Assembly: GCF_023255415.1 (NCBI RefSeq)
Contig: NZ_JALRIN010000010.1
Reading direction: 5' to 3' (one strand)
DNA length: 64,000 nt
Origin: Cypionkella sp.
Lineage (GTDB): Bacteria; Pseudomonadota; Alphaproteobacteria; Rhodobacterales; Rhodobacteraceae
The first letter of the stretch is position 1. Every line of letters starts with the position of its first letter. Made by a program: the position numbers and the translations under genes. This document shows, in pieces, positions 18,860 through 28,054 of this stretch. The notes under the pieces were generated by a model that worked only from the letters and a program-made list of their open reading frames with translations, searched no databases and was not told the DNA's origin.

Positions 18860-20368
18860 ATGTCCAGCCCGCCCAATATCCTGATCCTGATGGTCGACCA
18901 ATTGACCGGCACCCTGTTCGACGACGGCCCCGCGGCCTTCCTGCATGCCCCCAATCTGCGCAGATTGGCCGATCATTCGGTGCGCTTTGCCAATGCCTAT
19001 ACCGCCTCGCCGCTTTGTGCGCCCGCGCGTGCCGCCTTCATGTCGGGCGCGCTGCCGCGGCGCACCCGCGTCTATGACAATGCCGCCGAATTTGCCTCCG
19101 ATATTCCCACCTATGCGCATCACTTGCGCCGAGCGGGCTATTACACCTGCCTCTCGGGCAAGATGCACTTCGTCGGCCCCGATCAGATGCACGGCTTTGA
19201 AGACCGGCTGACCACCGATATCTACCCCGCCGATTTTGGCTGGACGCCAGACTACCGCAAACCAGACGAGCGTATCGATTGGTGGTATCACAACCTCGGC
19301 TCCGTCACCGGCGCGGGCGTGGCCGAGATCACCAATCAGCTCGAATATGACGATGATGTCTGCCATCAAGCGGTGCAGAAAATCTACGACCTCTCGCGCG
19401 GGCTTGACGCACGGCCCTGGTGCCTGACCGCCAGCTTTACCCATCCCCACGACCCCTTCGTCGCACGGCGCAAATATTGGGATCTCTACAATGACGCGCC
19501 AGAATGCGAACCACCCGAACCGCGCGCCTACGCCGAGATGGACCCGCATTCCAAACGCCTGATGGATGCCTGCGATTGGCGCGGCCTGACGGTGACCGAC
19601 GATCATATCCGCCGCGCCCGCCAAGGCTATTTCGCCAATATCTCTTACATCGACGACAAAATCGGCGAGATCTTCACAGCCCTCGAAGCCACCCGCCAAG
19701 AGGCCACTGTGATCTTTGTCTCCGATCATGGCGAAATGCTGGGTCGCAAGGGCCTGTGGTTCAAGATGAGTTTCTTTGAAGGCGCCGCCCGCGTGCCCCT
19801 GATGATCTCGGCCGCAGGCCTGCAGCCTCAGCGGATAGAAACCGCTGTCTCCACCATCGATGTCACGCCAACGCTCTGCGACCTTGCCGGCATCTCGATG
19901 GCCGAGATCATGCCCTGGACCGACGGCGTCAGCCTGCTGCCCCTCGCCATGGGCACGCCGCGCACCGAACCCGTGGCGATGGAATATGCCGCCGAAGGCA
20001 GCATCACCCCAATGGTCGCCCTGCGCATGGGGGCATGGAAATTCATCCACTGCCCCGCCGACCCCGACCAGCTATTCGATCTGGCCGCCGACCCGCTGGA
20101 AAACCACAATCTTGCCGCTGACCCGCGCGCAGCCGAGGTGTTGGCGCATTTCCAAACCCTGGTCGCCGCGCGCTGGGATCTGCCCGCCTATGACGCCGAG
20201 GTGCGCCAATCCCAAGCCCGCCGCTGGGTGGTCTATCAGGCGCTGCGCAATGGCAATTACTACCCTTGGGATTACCAACCCCTGCGCGCCGCCTCTGAAC
20301 GCTATATGCGCAACCACATGGATCTGAACGTGCTGGAAGAAAGCAAACGCTTCCCGCGTGGCGAATAA
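18860..20368 (+). CDS. betC: Choline-sulfatase
   Basis: Start at ATG 18860 after AAGGAG. Near-colinear resemblance to Sinorhizobium BetC as I recall it (PNILILMVDQL, SPLCAPAR, WWYHNLGSVTGAGVAEITNQ, C-terminal YMRNHMDLNVLEESKRFPRGE). Confidence 0.9.
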   Translation: MSSPPNILILMVDQLTGTLFDDGPAAFLHAPNLRRLADHSVRFANAYTASPLCAPARAAFMSGALPRRTRVYDNAAEFASDIPTYAHHLRRAGYYTCLSGKMHFVGPDQMHGFEDRLTTDIYPADFGWTPDYRKPDERIDWWYHNLGSVTGAGVAEITNQLEYDDDVCHQAVQKIYDLSRGLDARPWCLTASFTHPHDPFVARRKYWDLYNDAPECEPPEPRAYAEMDPHSKRLMDACDWRGLTVTDDHIRRARQGYFANISYIDDKIGEIFTALEATRQEATVIFVSDHGEMLGRKGLWFKMSFFEGAARVPLMISAAGLQPQRIETAVSTIDVTPTLCDLAGISMAEIMPWTDGVSLLPLAMGTPRTEPVAMEYAAEGSITPMVALRMGAWKFIHCPADPDQLFDLAADPLENHNLAADPRAAEVLAHFQTLVAARWDLPAYDAEVRQSQARRWVVYQALRNGNYYPWDYQPLRAASERYMRNHMDLNVLEESKRFPRGE

Positions 20369-20380
20369 ACCACCGCGCCG

Positions 20381-20431
20381 CTTTCATCTTGGCAAAAATA
20401 TCCCCGCCGGAGGCCCCGCCTTGCCTCCGGC
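20381..20431 (+). repeat. Intergenic repeat copy C (core + CCGGAGG-N10-CCTCCGG hairpin)
   Basis: CTTTCATCTTGGCAAAAATATCCCCGCCGGAGGCCCCGCCTTGCCTCCGGCG, starting 12 nt after the betC stop. Confidence 0.85.
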
Positions 20432-20444
20432 GCAACGCCACCGG

Positions 20445-22058
20445 TTAGCGCGCGTCCGCCAAAACCATCTCAGCCCCCTTCCACCCCATCAGGATCGAAG
20501 GCGCATTGGTATTGCCGGCAATCAGGCTTGGAAAGGCACTGGCATCAATCACCCGCAGGCCCTGCACCCCATGCACGCGGCAACGCGCATCCACCACTGA
20601 ACCCGCCGCATCCCGTCCCATCCGCGCCGTGCAGCTTGGATGATAGACGGTGCCGGATCGGGCGCGAAAATCCGCGATCAGATCAGCATCGCTTTGCACC
20701 TCAGGGCCGGGGCGCAATTCCTCGGCCACATGCTGCGCAAAAGCCGGCTGGGCCGCGATATGGCGCAGGAATTTTACCGCCTCCAACATCTCGGTCACAT
20801 CCTCTTGGGTCGAAAACGCATTTGCGATGATCTGCGGCGCTTCAAAGGGGTCGCGTGACTTGATCCGAATGCTGCCGCGGCTGGTCGGATTGCAATTCGA
20901 CAGCCCGATCGACAGGCCCGAAAACGGGTCTGGCGTCAACAAGGGCCGCTCGCCCGCGCGTGGCAAAAGCGTCGAGAAAGCCTGAAAATACAACTGCATG
21001 TTCGGCCGCGCCAAATCAGGCCGGGTGCGGAAAAATCCGCCGCCATGGTTGATGGATTTCGCCAAAGGCCCGCCGCCGGTCAGGACATACTGCATGCCGA
21101 CAAACAGCTTGCCCCACCAGGGTCGCAAGATGTCGTTATAGGTCGCAACCTTCATCCGCCAAGTATAGTTGATGCCCTGATGATCGCTTAGATGTGCGCC
21201 GACATTCTCGTTGGCCATCACGACGGGGATGCGGTGCTCGGCCAGCAACGCCGCAGGCCCCACGCCCGACAGCTGCAAGATCTGCGGCGAATTGATCGCG
21301 CCACCGGCCAAAATCACCTCGGCTTTGGCGCGCAGCTCTTGGCGCTTGCCGTCTTTCAGATATTCCACCCCAACCGCGCGCTTGCCCTCAAAGATCACCC
21401 GCGTCACCTGCGCATGCGTCAGCACCGACAGGTTCTTGCGCCGCATCGCAGGGCGCAAAAACGCCCGCGCGGTGGAATTGCGCCGCGCGCCCTTGATCGT
21501 CATCTGATAGGTGCCCGCCCCCTCTTGAACAGCACCGTTGAAATCGGGGTTATAGGGCAGCCCCGCCTGACCGCAGGCTTTGATATAATCGTCCACCAGC
21601 CAATGCAGTCCCTTGCGGTTTTCCGAGATAAACAGCGGCCCGCCCTTGCCGCGAAAGCCATCGCCCCCCGCTTCGGTATCCTCGATCGCGCGATAGGCGG
21701 CCAGACATTCCTCCCAGCCCCAGCCCGGATTTTCAGCCCCCCAAGCCTGGTAATCGGCCTTATTGCCCCGGATCCAAACCATGGCATTGATCGAAGACGA
21801 CCCGCCCAATATCTTGCCCCTTGGCCAATGATCCCGATTGCCAGCCAACCCCGGATCGGGTTCGGTCTGATACATCCAGTTGACATTGGGATCGTAGAAC
21901 AGCTTGCCATAGCCCAGCGGCAGATTGACGAAAAACCGCCGATCTGATCCGCCCGCTTCCAGCACCGTCACGCGGTGCTTGCCGCTTGCACTCAACCGCT
22001 CGGCCAGCACCGACCCTGCCGAGCCTGCACCCACAATGATATAATCGCAGTCGTCCAT
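20445..22058 (-). CDS. GMC family oxidoreductase (choline/alcohol dehydrogenase-like)
   Basis: Start moved to [16 protein letters not shown] (ATG 22058), which removes the overlap with the OsmC gene. FAD-binding GxGxxG and GMC signature [14 protein letters not shown]. Confidence 0.85.
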   Translation of the reverse strand: MDDCDYIIVGAGSAGSVLAERLSASGKHRVTVLEAGGSDRRFFVNLPLGYGKLFYDPNVNWMYQTEPDPGLAGNRDHWPRGKILGGSSSINAMVWIRGNKADYQAWGAENPGWGWEECLAAYRAIEDTEAGGDGFRGKGGPLFISENRKGLHWLVDDYIKACGQAGLPYNPDFNGAVQEGAGTYQMTIKGARRNSTARAFLRPAMRRKNLSVLTHAQVTRVIFEGKRAVGVEYLKDGKRQELRAKAEVILAGGAINSPQILQLSGVGPAALLAEHRIPVVMANENVGAHLSDHQGINYTWRMKVATYNDILRPWWGKLFVGMQYVLTGGGPLAKSINHGGGFFRTRPDLARPNMQLYFQAFSTLLPRAGERPLLTPDPFSGLSIGLSNCNPTSRGSIRIKSRDPFEAPQIIANAFSTQEDVTEMLEAVKFLRHIAAQPAFAQHVAEELRPGPEVQSDADLIADFRARSGTVYHPSCTARMGRDAAGSVVDARCRVHGVQGLRVIDASAFPSLIAGNTNAPSILMGWKGAEMVLADAR

Positions 22059-22135
22059 CGGGCACCCCTTCGTTTTGCCCAACCTAGCGCGGTGCATCGC
22101 GCTGACTTGGCCCGATGCGACAGAATATGTCGGCT

Positions 22136-22609
22136 TTACGCAGATGTTACAGTGAAGTTGGCGCGAATGCTGATCGGAAAATTCACCGAAAGCGCGATAT
22201 AGCACACCTGATGAATGCGGTGGTGAATCGCCTCGGCCTCAACCAGATCAGCCCCTGCTGCCAGCAAGATCTGCGGCCGTAACTCGCAAGACAAAAACCG
22301 CCCCGCGCCACCTGCACCGGTCTCGCCCACCGCCAAGGGCACATCTTCATAGCCCAGCACCACAACCCCCGCCTCGGCTGCGAAATGCAGATACCACAGC
22401 ATATGACAGGCCGAGAGCGCCGAGATCAGCAGATCTTCAGGGTTCATCTTGGTCGGATCCCCGCCCAGCAAGGGGTCATTAGAACAGGCCACCACCGGCT
22501 TGCCCTTGGCCGCGATGTTCCAGGTGCGGTCATAGCCGCGATAGCTGCGGGTTCCGGTGCCGCGATTGCCGGTCCAGATCACCCGTGTTGTGTAGTCGTG
22601 CTGCATCAA
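22136..22609 (-). CDS. OsmC/Ohr family protein
   Basis: 157 aa. Two conserved Cys contexts (LSACHML..., QVCYIA) and family-typical length. Confidence 0.75.
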   Translation of the reverse strand: MMQHDYTTRVIWTGNRGTGTRSYRGYDRTWNIAAKGKPVVACSNDPLLGGDPTKMNPEDLLISALSACHMLWYLHFAAEAGVVVLGYEDVPLAVGETGAGGAGRFLSCELRPQILLAAGADLVEAEAIHHRIHQVCYIALSVNFPISIRANFTVTSA

Positions 22610-22680
22610 AGCCCCCCGCCTGCCCCAGCTTTAGGCTAACGCGGGCTTGCATCCGGCGAAAGCCCCGCCAATATGGAGAT

Positions 22681-22726
22681 GCACGGGACGACCCGCGCCT
22701 TTGCAACATCTTGGGACGACCCGCGA
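22681..22726 (+). promoter_or_regulatory. Guanidine-II (mini-ykkC) riboswitch, two tandem ACGA-loop hairpins
   Basis: GGGACGACCC occurs twice (22685-22694 and 22713-22722), each extendable to gcaCGGGACGACCCGcgc and tctTGGGACGACCCGcga. It lies directly upstream of the AGGAG RBS and ATG 22738 of sugE/gdx. Confidence 0.75.
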
Positions 22727-22737
22727 CAGGAGCCATC

Positions 22738-23055
22738 ATGGCTTGGATCACATTGGCCATCGCAGGAGTGTTCGAGGTGCTTTGGGCCTTTGCGATGAAG
22801 AAATCCGAAGGGTTTACCCTGCTTGTGCCCAGCAGCATCACAATTCTGGGTGCGATTGCCAGCATGCTGCTTTTGGGTTTGGCGATGAAAACTCTGCCGC
22901 TTGGCACCGCCTACACGGTGTGGACAGGCATCGGCGCGGTCGGCAGCTTTGTGCTTGGGATCACGCTTTTGGGCGAACCCGTCACCCTGATGCGTCTGAC
23001 CGCCGCCGTGCTGATCGTCGCTGGGCTGGTGCTGATGAAGCTGTCCAGCCCCTAG
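22738..23055 (+). CDS. sugE: SMR-family guanidinium exporter (SugE/Gdx)
   Basis: 105 aa from ATG 22738: MAWITLAIAGVFEVLWAFAMK... with the conserved membrane Glu. Four TM helices. Confidence 0.9.
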   Translation: MAWITLAIAGVFEVLWAFAMKKSEGFTLLVPSSITILGAIASMLLLGLAMKTLPLGTAYTVWTGIGAVGSFVLGITLLGEPVTLMRLTAAVLIVAGLVLMKLSSP

Positions 23056-23849
23056 CGGCCTTGCCAAACCGGATCGCGCTTTTCAGCAAAGGCGCGCGCG
23101 CCTTCCAGCTGATCCTCGCTGGAATAAAGCCTGTCAACCGTCGGCAACAGCCGCTTGGTCACCCGGTTCAGCGCGTCTTGAAACCGCATATCCTCGGCCT
23201 CGCGCACCACTTCCTTGATGGCTGCATAAACCAAAGGCGGCCCGGATTCCAACAGCCGCGCCAGATCCCAAGCCTTGGTCAGCAGATCTTCGGGCGCGCA
23301 GATCTCTTTTACAATGCCCCAGCGATGCGCCTCTTCGGCGTCAAACCACCGTCCCGTCAGCAAAAGATCCATCGCCACATGATAGGGAATGCGCTTGGGC
23401 AGTTTGATGCTGGCCGCATCAGCCACCGTGCCCGAGCGGATTTCCGGCAGCGCAAAGGTCGCATTGCTGGAACAAAGGATCAAATCCGCCGACAGCGCCA
23501 GCTCAAGCCCGCCGCCGCAGCAAATCCCGTTCACCGCAGCAATCACCGGCTTGTTCAGGTTCGGCAATTCCTGCAAGCCGCCAAAACCGCCCACCCCGTA
23601 ATCGCCATCCACCGCATCGCCGCCCGCCGCCGCCTTTAAATCCCAGCCGGGGCAAAAGAACTTCTCGCCTGCTGCGCGCAAAATGCAAACCCGCAACGCC
23701 GCGTCATCGCGAAAGCCGCGAAACACCTGCCCCATGATGCGGCTGGTGATCAGGTCAATCGCATTGGCCTTGGGTCGGTCGAGCGTCACCTCGAGGATCG
23801 CGCCCTCTACCCGCGTCTTGATTGGTCCGTCGGTCAGCATCTGCATCAT
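23052..23849 (-). CDS. Enoyl-CoA hydratase/isomerase family protein (carnitinyl-CoA dehydratase/crotonobetainyl-CoA hydratase-like)
   Basis: 265 aa crotonase fold (AAVNGICCGGGLELALSADL). Coupled to the upstream acyl-CoA synthetase gene. Confidence 0.8.
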   Translation of the reverse strand: MMQMLTDGPIKTRVEGAILEVTLDRPKANAIDLITSRIMGQVFRGFRDDAALRVCILRAAGEKFFCPGWDLKAAAGGDAVDGDYGVGGFGGLQELPNLNKPVIAAVNGICCGGGLELALSADLILCSSNATFALPEIRSGTVADAASIKLPKRIPYHVAMDLLLTGRWFDAEEAHRWGIVKEICAPEDLLTKAWDLARLLESGPPLVYAAIKEVVREAEDMRFQDALNRVTKRLLPTVDRLYSSEDQLEGARAFAEKRDPVWQGR

Positions 23850-25834
23850 CTTGTCCTTACCAAAGCATCCACAGCCACAGCTCCGTCAGAGCGTGCAAGG
23901 ATAGGGTTAATCTCGATCTCTTCCAGCAGCGGATCCGCCGCCATCATCTGCCCCAGACGCAAAGCAATCGCCGCCACCGCAGCAACATCCGCCCGCGGGC
24001 GCCCGCGATAGCCGTCAAGCAGCGGCCAAAGCCGCAGACCGCGCAACGCTTGCAAGATCTGCGCCTCGTTCACTGGCCAGATCAGCGTCACCGTATCGGC
24101 CAAAACCTCGGCCGTAACGCCGCCCATGCCGATGGTCAGCGCAACGCCGTAAACCGGATCGCGCCGCAGCCCCAAAAGAATCTCGGCCACGGCACCGGTG
24201 ACCATCTCTTCCAGCAGATAGCCACTGGCACCCGCCATCTCGGCCTGCCCGTCCAAAGTGGTCAGGCCCAGCCGCACCGCCCCGGCTTCGGTCTTATGCG
24301 CAAAGCCCAAACCCTTGAGCGCAAAGGGCGCGTGCAGCTCACCCTGCCGCGCGGTCAGTTCACGCAGGCTCGGCGCGCTGATTGCGGCAGGCACCGCAAC
24401 GCCAGCACGGGCCAAAACTGCCTTGCCCTCGGCCTCACTCAGCAGCCGGCTTTCGCCTTCGGCCAGCACCGCGACCGGCTGCCAGCCTTCCACAATATCC
24501 CAGCGCTGCGCCGCCTTGATCGCGGCCAGGGCGGTTTCCAAGCCCATCAACGTGCAAACCCCCTGCGCCATCAGGGCCACCGCGCGAGCCTCGTCAAAGT
24601 TCTCGGGCATCGAGGCCACTGGCAGCGCTGGCCGCCCCGTCGCCGCCTGCGCCGCCACAATCGCATCCAGGGCCGGCTGATACCCCGAAGGATCGCAGCG
24701 GTCGCCACGCGGCGGATCAATGATGTAGATCCCCGCATCATAGCCCGACAGCATGGTGCTGAACACATCCGTGGTGCGCGGCCCGTCACCCCAAATAAAG
24801 GTATGGTAATCTAATGGGTTGGCGATGGTAACGATGGGCCCCAAAATCGCGCCCAAGCGCCTGCGCACCGCCTCTGGCACGGCTGGAAACGCCAGGTCAA
24901 AGCCCGCCGCCAAATCCGCGACCAAACCCGCCTCGCCGCCCGAACACGACAGCGAACAGATCGCCTGCCCCAATGCGCCGTGACAGTGCAAAATCTTCAA
25001 AGTTTCGATCAACTCGGACGGCGTGTTGACCTCTGCCACCCCGATCTGGCGCAAAAACGCCGATGACGCCGCCCCCCCGCCCGCCAAAGACGCGGTATGC
25101 GATGCGGCAGCCAGACGCGACAGTTCGGTCTTGCCCGATTTGATTGCGACAATTCCCTTGCCCATCGCCCGCGCGCGCGCCGCAAGCGCTGCAAAAGCCG
25201 CCGCATCGTCGATGCCCTCGATATAAAGCCCCAAGGCAGTGACGCGCGGATCCTCCAGCAAAGCACCCGCCAAATCGGCCAATCCAACCACCGCCGCATT
25301 GCCCAGACAGGCGACATAGGCCACCGGCAAAGCCCGCTTTTGCATGCCCAGATTGATCACAATGTTCGAAGATTGGCTGACCAAGGCCACACCGCGCTCG
25401 ACCCGCACACCGCCATGCTGATCTGGCCAGAGCAAAGCCCCATCCAGATAGTTGATCACCCCATAACAATTTGGCCCCAAAATCGGCATATCGCCCGCCG
25501 CCGCAATCAGCTGCGCCTGCAATTCTGGCGCTCCGGCTTCGGTCCAGCCGCTGGCAAAACAAATTGCCCCGCCCGCCCCCATCGCCGCAAGCTCGGCCAC
25601 AACCTCAACAGTGGCAAAGCGGTTCACCCCGATAAACACTGCATCTGGGGGCTCTGGCAGATCCGCAAGGCAGGCATAGGCCCGCAGACCACCTATCTCG
25701 GCTTTGCTTGGATGCACCGGCCAGACCTGCCCCGCAAAACCCATCTTGCGGCATTGCTCGATCACATTCAGCGCCCAACCCGCACCCAGAACTGCGATGG
25801 TTTTCGGGCGCAGCAAACGGTCCAAGGGTTTCAT
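23846..25834 (-). CDS. ADP-forming acyl-CoA synthetase (CoA-binding + ATP-grasp fusion)
   Basis: 662 aa. N-terminal CoA-binding domain (LRPKTIAVLGAG...) followed by succinyl-CoA-synthetase-like and ATP-grasp parts. Confidence 0.8.
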   Translation of the reverse strand: MKPLDRLLRPKTIAVLGAGWALNVIEQCRKMGFAGQVWPVHPSKAEIGGLRAYACLADLPEPPDAVFIGVNRFATVEVVAELAAMGAGGAICFASGWTEAGAPELQAQLIAAAGDMPILGPNCYGVINYLDGALLWPDQHGGVRVERGVALVSQSSNIVINLGMQKRALPVAYVACLGNAAVVGLADLAGALLEDPRVTALGLYIEGIDDAAAFAALAARARAMGKGIVAIKSGKTELSRLAAASHTASLAGGGAASSAFLRQIGVAEVNTPSELIETLKILHCHGALGQAICSLSCSGGEAGLVADLAAGFDLAFPAVPEAVRRRLGAILGPIVTIANPLDYHTFIWGDGPRTTDVFSTMLSGYDAGIYIIDPPRGDRCDPSGYQPALDAIVAAQAATGRPALPVASMPENFDEARAVALMAQGVCTLMGLETALAAIKAAQRWDIVEGWQPVAVLAEGESRLLSEAEGKAVLARAGVAVPAAISAPSLRELTARQGELHAPFALKGLGFAHKTEAGAVRLGLTTLDGQAEMAGASGYLLEEMVTGAVAEILLGLRRDPVYGVALTIGMGGVTAEVLADTVTLIWPVNEAQILQALRGLRLWPLLDGYRGRPRADVAAVAAIALRLGQMMAADPLLEEIEINPILARSDGAVAVDALVRTR

Positions 25835-25871
25835 TGCCCCCCCCCGACCCGCGCGACACCGACGCCAAGAC

Positions 25872-26120
25872 GGGGGCCAGCCCCCGAGCTGCCTTGCTGC
25901 GCAAGCCAGCTTCCCCCGGGATATTTAAAGACAGATGAAATACAAGGGCGCCCCACCCCGACCAAGCGGGGTGGGGTTTCACCTGTCACGGCCATCGGGG
26001 TCCCCCCCTGTTCCGTACATTCAGAATCGCTCATTAAGGTTAACATTTCGTTTCATCTGTCCAAAAATATCCTCGGGGGGAGGCTTTGCTTGCAAAGCCG
26101 TGGGGGGCAGACAGCCCCCC
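25872..26120. repeat. Composite palindromic repeat locus (copies D1 25913-25940 minus, D2 26051-26080 plus, with outer and inner GC hairpins)
   Basis: The outer hairpins GGGGGCCAGCCCCC and GGGGGGCAGACAGCCCCCC, the CTTGC/GCAAG-type hairpins and the two inverted cores flank about 110 nt. That stretch contains the perfect hairpin CCCCACCCCG-accaag-CGGGGTGGGG (25951-25976). Confidence 0.85.
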
Positions 26121-26128
26121 TGCTTGGC

Positions 26129-27292
26129 TCAGGCGCCCTGCGCACGCAGAAGCTCTCGGCTGATGATATGGCGCTGGATCTCGCTGGTGCCTTCCCAGAT
26201 CCGTTCTACCCGCGCATCGCGCCAGATGCGTTCTAGTGGCAATTCGTCCATCAAGCCCATACCGCCATGGATCTGGATCGCTTCATCTGCAATCATCGCC
26301 AGCACTTCGCTTGCCTTCAGCTTGGCCATCGACATATCGGCCTCGCTCACCGTGCCCTGATCGTATTTCCAGGCCGCCTCGCGGGTCAGCAGTTCTGCGG
26401 CTTTCAGCTCTGTCGCCATATCGGCGAGTTTGAACGACACGCCTTGGAACTTGCCGATCTGCTGACCAAATTGCCTGCGCTCGGCGGCATAGCTGATCGC
26501 AAGGCCCAGCGCGCGTTCGGCACGACCCAGGCAGGTCGAGGCCACCTGCAGCCGTGTTGCCCCCAGCCATTTTCCTGCCACTTCAAAGCCTTGGTGCAGC
26601 TCGCCCAGGATCTGCCGTTTGTTCAGGCGGCAATCGTCAAATTCGAGGATCATGTTGTTATAGCCGCGATGCGAGACGTTGCGGTAGCCCTCGCGCACCG
26701 TAAAGCCTTTGGTGCCCTTATCGACCAAAAACGCGGTGATGCGTTTTTTCGGGCCGCGCGGGGTGTCTTCTTCGCCAGTGGCCACCCAGACAATCGCGAA
26801 ATCGGCAAGATCGGCATGGCTGATGAAATGCTTGGTGCCGTTCAGGATAAAATCATCGCCATCGGCCCGCGCCGAGGCTTTCATGCCGCGCAGATCAGAG
26901 CCGGCCCCCGGTTCGGTCATCGCTTGGCAGTCGTGTTTTTCGCCGCGCACGCAGGGCAGCAAATATTGCTCGCGTTGATCGCCGACGCAGGCCAACAAGA
27001 TATTCGAGGGCCGCGAGACGCAGGTCCAATGCAGCGCGTAATTGGCTTTACCAAGTTCTTTTTCATAAAGCAGCCAGGTCAGCGTATCGAGCCCGGCACC
27101 GCCGACCTCTTCGGGCATATTGGCGGCATAAAGCCCTGCGGCAATCGCTTTGGCAGCAATTTCTTGCCGCAGCTCTGCGCGTAAGACGCCGGTGCGTTCG
27201 ACTTCGGCCTCATGCGGGTAAAGCTCGGCTTCGACAAAGCCGCGCGTCGCATCGACGATCATCTGCTGTTCTTCTGTCAGTCCGAAATGCAT
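26129..27292 (-). CDS. Acyl-CoA dehydrogenase
   Basis: 387 aa, classical ACAD layout, C-terminal IYEGT-like IWEGTSEIQR. Confidence 0.9.
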   Translation of the reverse strand: MHFGLTEEQQMIVDATRGFVEAELYPHEAEVERTGVLRAELRQEIAAKAIAAGLYAANMPEEVGGAGLDTLTWLLYEKELGKANYALHWTCVSRPSNILLACVGDQREQYLLPCVRGEKHDCQAMTEPGAGSDLRGMKASARADGDDFILNGTKHFISHADLADFAIVWVATGEEDTPRGPKKRITAFLVDKGTKGFTVREGYRNVSHRGYNNMILEFDDCRLNKRQILGELHQGFEVAGKWLGATRLQVASTCLGRAERALGLAISYAAERRQFGQQIGKFQGVSFKLADMATELKAAELLTREAAWKYDQGTVSEADMSMAKLKASEVLAMIADEAIQIHGGMGLMDELPLERIWRDARVERIWEGTSEIQRHIISRELLRAQGA

Positions 27293-27301
27293 CTGATTTC
27301 C

Positions 27302-28054
27302 TTAGGGATCAACGTTGTAGGTCATACCGTCCACGGCCAGCGCCTGACCCGAGATCATCCGCGCGCCGTCAGAGGCCAGATAAAGCGCGAGTGCGGCCAC
27401 GTCTTCGGGGTCCGAAAGCCGCTTCATTGCGGTGCCGCTGGCGTAGCCTTGGCGCACCGCGTCGGCGCTCATACCTTTGGCGGCGGCTTCGGCTTCGATC
27501 ACGCGGTCGATGCGCGGGCCGTTCACAGAACCCGGGCAGATCGCATTGGCGCGGATGCCGTGGGGGCCCAGCTCCATCGCCACGGTTTTCATCAGCCCGA
27601 TCACCCCCCATTTCGCCGCCACATAGGGCGCGCGATAGGGTGTGCCATAAAGCCCCGAGGTCGAGGAAGTGAAGATAATGCAGCCCGCCCGCGCGGGTTT
27701 CATCATCTTGGCGCCGAACTTGGCCGCAAGCATTGCGCCGTCCAGATTGACGCCAAGGCATTGGTGCCAAGCCTCAAGATCCATATCCTCGATCGCAGCC
27801 GTCGGACCTTTGATGCCTGCATTGGCGCAAAGCACATCCAGACCGCCCCAGGCCGCGGCGATCTCGTCAAACAGGATCTGCATCCCCGCTTCCGAGCTTG
27901 CGTCCGAAACCGAGCCGCGGATGCCCGCAGGCAGCGCCGCGATCATCGCGGCGTCCACATCGGTGACCCAAACCCGGTCGCCTTGGGCTGCAAAGGCCTG
28001 TGCCATCACCAGACCAATGCCATTGGCCCCGGCGGTTACCAGAACCCGCCTCAT
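27302..28054 (-). CDS. SDR family oxidoreductase
   Basis: Start moved to MRRVLVTAGANGIG (ATG 28054, ATGA overlap with the upstream stop). TGxxxGxG and YxxxK (YVAAK) motifs. Confidence 0.85.
   Translation of the reverse strand: MRRVLVTAGANGIGLVMAQAFAAQGDRVWVTDVDAAMIAALPAGIRGSVSDASSEAGMQILFDEIAAAWGGLDVLCANAGIKGPTAAIEDMDLEAWHQCLGVNLDGAMLAAKFGAKMMKPARAGCIIFTSSTSGLYGTPYRAPYVAAKWGVIGLMKTVAMELGPHGIRANAICPGSVNGPRIDRVIEAEAAAKGMSADAVRQGYASGTAMKRLSDPEDVAALALYLASDGARMISGQALAVDGMTYNVDP

Noticed and set aside
18680-20050. 456-aa minus-strand ORF opposite betC
   Set aside because: betC on the plus strand has near full-length family resemblance. The antisense ORF is Gly/Arg/Ala-rich with no motifs.
22059-22205. 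Long N-terminal extension of the GMC oxidoreductase ORF, and similar extensions at 28055..28216, 30314..30517, 50673..50834, 45805..45840 and 11442..11498
   Set aside because: The extensions overlap neighbouring genes or repeat copies and have non-protein-like composition. Internal starts coincide with family N-termini, RBSs or stop/start overlaps.
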